Below, one piece after another: positions 21,059 to 29,878 of a stretch of 64,000 nucleotides of DNA. The translations under genes and the position numbers were made by a program. The notes under the pieces were generated by a model that was not told the DNA's origin, did not search any database, and worked only from the letters and a program-made list of their open reading frames with translations. The stretch is from Neoechinorhynchus agilis. Lineage: Eukaryota; Animalia; Acanthocephala. Position 1 is the first letter of the stretch. The number at the start of each line of letters is the position of its first letter. Location: assembly GCA_051530055.1 (NCBI GenBank), contig CM121342.1:14399480-14463479 (forward strand), in the 5' to 3' direction.

Positions 21059-22199
21059 ACTACCAAAATATGACTTGCTTTTATTCATCTCGCCCTCATC
21101 GCCACAAAAAAAATTTGAAGGGGATCTTTAGTGCGGAAGCAACCAAGTAAAAAGTAGCCTATTTTAATTTTTGTTCGTTAAAAACGTGTCTAAACTGGCA
21201 TTGAAGCAAAAAAATGACGGCCTTGCTCGTTATCGATGCTGTTCAAAGTTAATCACCATATTAACAGTCGAATTAAAGCTGGCGCTTACCGAAACATTTC
21301 ATAGTGCCATCTTATCCATTAGTGTCCCAAAGTAACACCCTTCAACGAAGCCATTTTTCGCTCAACAATAGACGACGCAACTTGTTTCTCTTCAACTGTG
21401 CATTCGAGTCGTTTCGATGATGATGGCGGTGAAATGTCAAAGACATTTAAGAAATTGTAATTTACAGACGTCAATACAACTCACACTCTTCCTCTCTTAA
21501 TGAACCGTAAAGGTAGTTCTTTTCCTCCAGAGAAAAGGCAGAGATGTATAATTATGCTTTGTTTGTCAAAGCCAATCTATCATGAACGCATGGGTGCATG
21601 AAAAGGTAAAAAAATGGTTTATTGGTGCGGATTTGTTGATGGCTCTATCTCTCTCTCGACAGCTTATGATTGATGTAAACGAAATACTCCATCTTTACAT
21701 GTTTACGTTGTGCAAACAAAACCTTATTGTTCAATCGTTGATTTTTTGCCTCAGTTTTTTTACCGCCTCCATATTCGTGGGTTAAATCGGCACATCAGGA
21801 ATTGAGAAATTCACGCTTGTCTTACAATTTATCCTTGACGACAAGAATATCTGTCATTGTCATTTGTGAACTTATGAACCTTTGAAGTAAAACAACGTAT
21901 GCATTCGTTATGACTATCCAAATCTTGTTCGTTACATCAAACTTTTATCTCATTTTTTACGTATTTAATGAATCTGCATTTTTATCTTAATGTCTAAACG
22001 AACTTTCATAGTTTTTAAAATTACAACATTTTATCCTGTCATCTAGATTTATGTATAAACTTGAACATTCCTTTACAACATGACATTAAGACTCTTAATT
22101 CTGAACTAAGCGGACATTTTTTTGACCTTCACGAATAAGAAAAACTCGCATTGTAAATAGAAATTTTTCTATAACTTTCATAGTAGAAAACGTACAAAC

Positions 22200-22270
22200 A
22201 ACCTTGATAAAGGCACGAGATTGAGCCTCCGAAATATTTGATTCAAAAATAAATTACTTCAATTTTCTGC
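22200..22270 (+). repeat. Dispersed repeat family with TTGATAA-hairpin-CC-GAAATAT motif (also ~33770, ~40948, ~44554)
   Basis: AACCTTGATAAAGGCAC-N6-G(A/T)GCCTCC(G/A)AAA followed by AAT(A/G)AATT in several copies. Confidence 0.75.
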
Positions 22271-23205
22271 CCTTATTAAAGTACTCCTTGCTAAGCGCTC
22301 TTCATTTCTTTAACAATCGCACTTATCACAGAAGTATGTGCATCAGAGATTTTAGCTCAAAAACATAGAAGCGGATGCTCACTATAAGATAAAAATAAGA
22401 TTCAGATAAGTCGAAGTTTAAGAAAATTCTCGAATCAATGGTTCGTTTACGCTGCAAAGAAAATTCCTCCGATTGGTGTAAAGCATTGCATCTATTGTTA
22501 AACAAAGTTAATCGTATTCTAACTACATAACTAGTTATTAATAAAGTGTCGTCAAACAATCTAACGAACTTCCTTTGTTTAGTCGTTAATGATTTTATTT
22601 AATAACAACGCTTTTAGTCTCAAGTTCAACATTCGACGTCAACTTCACTGCATACTTATTTTAAATTCGTTTTGACTATAAGAAATCTTTGAACTTATTA
22701 TTTTAATTCGTCGGTACTTAAAAGTTAGATCGAACAACTCATCCAGCGAGATTGGCGATGCATCTAAAAAATCATTTTGGAATTTATGCATGTAAGAATT
22801 TTAATTTACTTTCCTGTTTTATTCGTAGATTATTAACCTGTTCACAAAAAGCATCCTTAATCTTTCCCTACTCAAATGTGACCTCTTTTTGACTGTTTGA
22901 CATTTTTTGTCTGAAAGATTGGCGTTTTTACCGTACAAAAAGAGGTTTTACTTTTTCATTCGGTTCTTGAGCTACACAATGGTTACCATTAGCAACGAAT
23001 CACCGCGTAAATTCCCATTTATATTAAAACATATTTACAAATGTCGCGATCGGATGATATCTTGCGATTTGTAACTATAACCGGACAAACGGTTCTACAA
23101 TTTTATTTGTTACACCACCTCGTTCAGGTTATTCGAAGTTACACCTATTGTTCAAGAGGTAAGTTTTCCTAGGTAATTTACAATGTTTATTTTTCATTCA
23201 TGAGT

Positions 23206-23533
23206 AGAAGATAGCGGCACGGAATCGCTAAATGGTACAATGATTAAGAATTGCAGTGATGCTGAATGCCAAACTAGCGAGCAAGTTATTTGTTTAAAAA
23301 ACCACAACAAGGCGGTTCAGACCAATAATTCCGATTTTTGTGAATTGTGCCATAGCTTGATTGATAATTCATTTAAGACACAATCCGAACTTTTTGAGTT
23401 GGTCTGCGAACAATTCGCAGCTCAGCAACGAATTTGTCAGTTTATACCTAGATCGATTGATAGAATTAAGAAGAAGAAGCGCAGTCGAGTGATCAACCGG
23501 ATTTCTAGATGTTTTAGAAAACGTCGACATTAA
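23206..23533 (+). CDS. Probable last exon of an unidentified gene
   Basis: Open frame after an AG acceptor, ending ..KKKKRSRVINRISRCFRKRRH*. Upstream small exon candidates with GTAAG donors at ~22790 and ~23159. No recognisable family. Confidence 0.4.
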
Positions 23534-24472
23534 ATTTTGCTATTATGTTTGTGAATAGGGTTGGCACTCTCGTATTGGAATTTGGAAATTCATAACTTCT
23601 CGGTGATTGGCAACGGTCTTTAATGAGTAGTCAGTCCATACCTTACATATAGAAATCAAATAGACCTATTCGGATGACTATTTGGCTTTTACAGCGATAG
23701 TCTATTCGCATTATAATATAAAAAAGTAGGCTGAGAGTGATTTTTATTTATGAACGTTATTTGACTGAAGATTACAAAAAAAAGACAGGTTCCCCAATTC
23801 TTGAATATTCTGAGCGAATCACTAAGAAAATTCGTGAATCAGCATTTCCAATGTAAAATATTGAAGAGCTCACTTTAAAGGTGAGTGGCTCTTAAAACAT
23901 CGTCTACTTAAATAATCTTTATTAATTCCTAAGTATTTTCCCATTGAATCCACTCAATTCGTGACAAATCTGAATCTACTTCTTGAAGCGCTTTAATGTA
24001 GGCAAACATTTAATTTCAATAAAACAAATCATGCTTACATGAATTGAATAGGTACCCTAAGATTTTCGATAAAAACAATGTAAAAAACAGGCTCTCTTCC
24101 AATCGTAATCACTGTACAACTATTATTGGATTCTGAGTGAAGCGTTATTTTAATTAGTTATTCATAAATGGCAAATTGATATACAATATTAACATAAGCA
24201 TACAAAAAACTCAACAAAACAATAAGACCAAATATTTTATACATTTGACGACAATAACGTATTAATCGTCAATGATTTAGAGACCCAAACTTACGTAACT
24301 CGATCGGCTAAAGAAAAACGTGAAAAGAACGTTTAGGCGATGGCCGAATCAACAAAATAGACGAATTCGAAAATGAATTATTGATCAGTTTGAACAGCAT
24401 TTTAGCTCTTTTGTTTTAGTAACATTAAAATTCTATCCAAATGTTCCTTCGAGTAGATGTGGATTCTCACTG

Positions 24473-24656
24473 GCGAATTGTAACACACTCGAGTTTCATT
24501 GAAATCAACCTTGCGAATTTTCACGGCTTCAGCATCCTTCTCAAGCATTGTTTTCGGACTCGAATTTTTCTTCGAAAACAATGCTTGGGAAGCAGGCTGA
24601 GGCCTTGAAAATTCGCAAGGTTGACTTCAATAAAACTCGAGTGTGTTACAATTCGC
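24473..24656. mobile_element. Twin-hammerhead fold-back mini-element (~85-bp arms)
   Basis: 24473-24558 is the reverse complement of 24572-24656. HHR-like motifs at 24512-24547 (-: TGC-TTGAGAA-G..GAAA-AT-T-C-GCA) and 24582-24617 (+). Confidence 0.82.
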
Positions 24657-25499
24657 GAGTGAGAAGAATATTAAAATGCTCAACTTCATATGCCACAATG
24701 TTGTTTCTAAAGACAGAAACTAGTGAAAAAATCAAGAAAAATAAATTGCAATGATGAGCATGATTTGAACTTATTTTAAGATCTTTTGACATATCTTCCA
24801 CAAACGTAACTGCTCCAAGCGCGATGAATTTATAGGAAGTTTTAAAAATAAAAAGAGCCAATCGTAAATTTTCCTCAGGATTGCATTATTGTTACCTTGG
24901 TCGCTTGTCAACTTCCGAAAGAGATCATCAAAGAAAAATATATTTTGATTGCTTGAATCAGTCATTATCAGTTCAATTGCTTATAAATGACCGATTCAAT
25001 AATATATTCTTCTTTAATGATATCTCTCGAGTGTCGACAAGCGACCTAAATAACAACGTAAATTTTCCACCTTGGGAATATATTATAATTTTTGAAATCT
25101 TTCATCTTTTATGAAACAGAATATGAGAACACAAAGTGAGATTAACAATTCGAAAAGTCAAAATGGAACTCCCTTTTCATGGCTCCCACAAAATTTTTTT
25201 ATTTTCCTAGTCAGATCGAAAAATTGACTTTACACGGTGGATACGATTTACCGGTTTAATATTTTAATCAACACAGACAATTAATAATTTTTCGCTAAAA
25301 CTTCGCATCATTTAAAACATTCCTTTATTTACTAGAGAATATTCCGACCCATTGGTAATAATGTAGAATAAAATTCATTGGTGCAAGTATAAAAATCAGT
25401 CTAAAATATAGATTTTGCGCATTGAAGAATCGAAGCTATCAACACCGAATTGCGCGAAATGTAGTGAGTAGAAGAAAAGTAGATTCAAGTGCGTTCAAA

Positions 25500-25724
25500 A
25501 TATAGAGAGATCCTAAGGATTGCCATTTCGTCCCTTTTGCCGTGGAAACGTATGGAGCCTCGGGACCATCAGCCCTCATTCTCCTTGACGATTTGGGACG
25601 AAGGACGAAAAAGATGACGGGGGAACCGCGCTCGAGAAATTTCCTCACTCAACGAATCGCAATTGCGATACAGCGAGGGAACGCTGCCAGTATACTGGCA
25701 ACGTCGGGATGTTTACCACTCTAA
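25500..25724 (+). mobile_element. 3' fragment of a second CRE-clade element
   Basis: FVPFAVETYG..LGRR..FLTQRIAIAIQRGNAASIL matches the REL-domain C-terminus of the 12461 element. Confidence 0.88.
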
Positions 25725-26377
25725 TAAGAGAAAGTGATTTCCGTAAAAGTAGAGCGATGGTGATCGAGTCATCGATTATTCGAAGAAGAGTTCATTGGAA
25801 TTTTGGTTGATGTGATTCGGACAAGTATGCTATTTCCTTAGCAGCGACTCGTAGGATTTAGTATTTTTATCATAAACTTAGCGAACTATCAATGAATGTA
25901 TATTTTTCTAGTATAAAAAACCAGAAACAAATATCAGGAATTTTCGAAACGGTAAATACAAAAAAATGAACTGGAAATTCACTGACTATTGCAGTTAATG
26001 AATCTGATCTTAGCAATGCCAAAAATAAACCTCACTTAATCGGAAAGCATAAACGTTTCACATTCGGATGCTGAATAATATTAAATTCGTATTTTGTAGC
26101 ATATAAACGCGAAACTTACGCGTAAATATGGAATTAAGAAGACAAATACAGAAATGTGCAGTCAGCAATCGATCGTAGAAAACCCTAAATCGGTTACTTT
26201 TGAGCATTACGGTACCTAATTCTTCACAATTGTTTGCCCAAGCGACTAAAGCGCTGGATTCCTAACAGAACATTTAAACATAAAACGACAACCTTAGATA
26301 AAATCCAGCTACTCAATAGTTCCTTCTTAGACACTCCGGGAAAATAATCTTAATTCTGGTTAAGATTTTCATGTTTC

Positions 26378-27560
26378 ATACATTTTCGATTTTTGTGGTT
26401 TATCAATTATTAGTCGACGGTTTCTTTATTGACATCTCAAGTAGTTAAAACAAGACAAGGGGGGAAGTCAACTCGTCCCGTCGGTTGAGCACGATAAACC
26501 ATCTCACGTTGGCCAGCTCATCCATACGACCACCAATCCCACTTTTCACCTCTTTCGCGATGAGCAAAACTTCAGCAAGATACTTCACGGATGTCGAAAG
26601 CTTTACTCCTTGACGCCATGGTGTCGACACTGAGGAGGCCGCATTTAAATTCAATGCGATTAATGCGATTCGTAAGTTTTCACAAATAAGTATGTTGAAA
26701 AGCCTCTCGGTCTTCCAAATGGTCTATCCGGAATCGTCCGGAGTTGGACATTGCCACCCGTATTCTTACAAATAAGGCACCACATCGGACACAGTGGCGC
26801 TTTAGACCAATAGATTCTATAGATCTGTCCCTTTAGGAGACTTGATGTCGCTCGTGAATTCCTCGCTTACAAATGGAATCCGGAGGATCGGTAATGAATC
26901 GCACTTCTTTCCCTTCTTCCTCGAGAGTACGCCGATCGATTCTGCTCTATGTAGAAAGCTTCTCGATTTGCCGATCCCATAACCATTTTAAGCGAACATT
27001 CTGTTCACAACCTCAACAGCGGTTCTTTTAGCCTCCGGTGAAGATGAGCGAATCATTGCCATTTTATACATCGTAGTATAGATCGCTTGCTTCATCACCC
27101 AAGGATGGTCAGAATTTTGATGCATAACTATGGCTTTCTTGCAAGGCTTGCAACTGAGGAAGATCCGGGTCGTCTTCATTGGAAAGACGTAGAGGCCTCT
27201 CCACGAACGTATTTGTGAACCTTTAAGTAGCGCGTTAAACCCAAACGCGACCTATATGAGCCTAACACCATTCAAGATTCCATCCAGGTCAAGGATGAAA
27301 GCTTTCGACATTCGTGAAGTATCGAGCGAGAGACCCATTGGAACTTTCGCTCGTTGAATCACTGTTCATCACGAAAAAGGTGAAAAAGTGGGACTGATGG
27401 TCGTAATTAAGAGACAGCCAACGTTAGACGGTTTATCCTGCTCAACCGACGGGACGAGTTAGCCTCCACATTGGCTTTGTTTAAACTACTTTTGTAGATC
27501 GCGTGTTTTTTCAGGACCCTGAAGAAGGAATAAAGCTTCGAAATATCGGTCCAAAACAAA
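26378..27560. mobile_element. Penelope-like element remnant (- strand ORF) between diverged inverted pseudo-LTRs
   Basis: The - strand reads MHQNSDHPWVMKQAIY..RMFA*NGY..LRIPFVSEEF (PLE post-RT region). 26468-26615 is an imperfect reverse complement of 27290-27460. Confidence 0.78.
27514..27552 (+). ncRNA. Minimal type I hammerhead ribozyme (best-formed stem I in the window)
   Basis: Stem I GGACC/GGTCC; core CTGAAGA plus extra A; stem II GGA/TTC; GAAA-TA-T-C; predicted cleavage after AUC at 27547. Confidence 0.82.
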
Positions 27561-27672
27561 ACTTTTTTTTCAATCGCGTAACTTGTCTAAAAAAAGGACA
27601 ACATATAAATTATCCATAATCGATCGAATGCCCAACTTTAACGAAACATTAAATGTTTTCAACTTTTAGACG

Positions 27673-28026
27673 ATGCCAAACCAAGCTTTGAGGATCAGAA
27701 CCATTTTTACGACGGAGCAAAGGGAATCATTAGAAGAGTATTTTCAAGGGCATTCCAATCCTCCTAAGGAACAGATTGAAAGAATAGCAATGAAATTGGA
27801 AATGAACGATGGTTCAGTCAAACGATGGTTTGATAGAAAACGTCTACAAAAACGAGCAGAGAAAAATCCGGAATCTTTTCCATGTCTGATTCCAAACATT
27901 CGTGAAATGCTAAATCGTAAAGACCTTCCACATAACGCGAATCCATGTTCATATCTTCCCATGCGTCCAAAGGATTGGGGCAAGGTTGAGACTGGTGAAC
28001 TTTACGAGCAATATAAACCTAAATAG
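27673..28026 (+). CDS. Divergent intronless homeodomain protein
   Basis: RIRTIFTTEQ..LEEYF..P..EQIERIA..L....VKRWFDRKR; R5, F8, L16, F20, W48, F49 and R53 are conserved. Confidence 0.85.
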   Translation: MPNQALRIRTIFTTEQRESLEEYFQGHSNPPKEQIERIAMKLEMNDGSVKRWFDRKRLQKRAEKNPESFPCLIPNIREMLNRKDLPHNANPCSYLPMRPKDWGKVETGELYEQYKPK

Positions 28027-28834
28027 TTAAAAAATAGTTGAACATTTCGAGGTCAAAGATGCGCTACAACTAAACTATTTTTTAAGGACTGTTCATTCAA
28101 GTGAGAAAAAAGCTCAGTGAATGAAAAAACATTCGCTGGCATCCGTCGACTGGATGCACTGAACCAATAAATGTTCATAAATATTTTTCTGTTGAAGGAG
28201 CGACAACAATGCGGTTCCAGTTCGTAAAGTTTCGGTGAGCAGAAAATTAAAAATCTATTTCGTTTTTTGGCTCTAGAGCGATAAAATTAATTCTTTTCGA
28301 TCCCTGTCGAATCTCTTAAGTTAAATTTTCTCCTTGTGGAAATGACTTTTAGATGCTTGAATCGTTGCAGCGAATCACTCTCTCCGATCATACATAATTT
28401 TTATCGCATTGTGAATATTTCCCGTGGAAAGAATGTCAGATTGATAACTGTATCATTGTGGCTAATTAAGACGCCGTTCGCTGTTTTTCCAAGCAAATGC
28501 ACTTTTGATTCACACAAATTAAATCAACAGCGATGTCACAAATACAATAACTATTTATTGTTTTGCAAGTTCATCTGCAATGTTTGCAATTAATATACTT
28601 TTATAAAGAGTAGGTGATAAAGAACTGAAAATCTCGTTTAAATTTCAGCAAGGAAGCGTTTTGTATCTCTGAAAATATCGCAGTCCCTTAGCGTTTTGCT
28701 TCAAAACGCAGTTATGATAGAGTGATTGCGATATACTTTAGCTGCTTATCTGAATAGTGTTGATATTTTGCAAAACCGAGTTCGTCTTATATGAGAAAAA
28801 TTAAACCTTAATTATTATTCAATATGCGGTTTTG

Positions 28835-29107
28835 TTAACGGCGCCATGAAGGAGGGATAAATCCACCTTGCGACGATCCCGGTGGTCCCCAAGGAGGAAG
28901 ATTACCTGCGGCAGGTGGTCCCCAACGCGGAGTGTTTGGCGAGATCGGGTAATTACCACCTTGTTGCCCAAACCATTGATCTGCTGCTCCGTTCATTTGC
29001 GGAGGACCGTATCCCGATCCCTGTTGTGGATACCATTGACCAGCTGCTCCGTTCATTGGTGGTTGCCCTTGAAATCCTCCGCCATATCCGGGTTGATACC
29101 AACTCAT
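28835..29107 (-). CDS. Gly/Pro/Gln/aromatic low-complexity protein (90 aa, or first exon of a longer gene)
   Basis: ATG start; internal 60-bp duplication (PPMNGAAGQWYPQQG / PQMNGAADQWFGQQG); GC-rich island in AT-rich DNA. Confidence 0.7.
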   Translation of the reverse strand: MSWYQPGYGGGFQGQPPMNGAAGQWYPQQGSGYGPPQMNGAADQWFGQQGGNYPISPNTPRWGPPAAGNLPPWGPPGSSQGGFIPPSWRR

Positions 29108-29424
29108 TTTGGTGTATTTTGTGTGAGTTTTCTATGCCTTAAAGTAACGCAAAAGTTTTGGTTTTGGATTTTTATAGACGTTGTGATTCATTAGATGTGT
29201 GAAGTCTTAAGAGAAGTTAATCACGCAATGCTTAAAACCCCGCTATGAGTGTGTAGTCATTAAAACCACCCATTATACCGTGGAAGTTTAAATCGTTATT
29301 CGTGCTTAAAAGAGACTTAAAGAGGCAATACTGCGTGAACTGAGCATGATGACCGTGTTAAAAAGCTACTTTGAAATGTTGATCTAGATTTGAATGAACG
29401 AATTTTTCCCTTAAAATACATTTC

Positions 29425-29700
29425 GATATTATCTTTTGGTAATTTTGCTACCTCGGATTTAAATTCACTAATTTATTTCCGATATTTCGTCGGATAAGCT
29501 CGTTAGCGAAATTCTTTATGTGAAAAACAGCTTCTTAACTTTCTCTCTTATACCGAAACAATTTACAACGTCAAACCTTGGGAAAATGTCGGAATTATCC
29601 AATGTGAAATATCGGAAATAAATTAGTGAATTTAAATCCGGAGTGGCAAAACTACCAAAAGAAAGTATCTTCCCCCCGAAGATAATAATCCAAGACATAT
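29425..29700. repeat. Inverted pair of the ~196-bp repeat family
   Basis: 29425-29495 (-) mirrors ~29598-29670 (+). The + copy reads ACC-TTGGGAA-A-ATGTCGGA-ATTA-TCCAATGT-GAAA-TA-T-C-GG. Confidence 0.8.
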
Positions 29701-29878
29701 TTGGATATGATGAAAAATTAAACCGACCGGAGTATCAATCTTTGTCTCTAAAGAAGTCAAACAACTCTCTGGCCATTATTCATAGTATAGAATGTTTATT
29801 TTTAATCGTGGAAATAGCTATTGCACGCTTTCTTACAAGAAACTTAATTGATCTGATGGGTTATGGATTGATTGCAAG

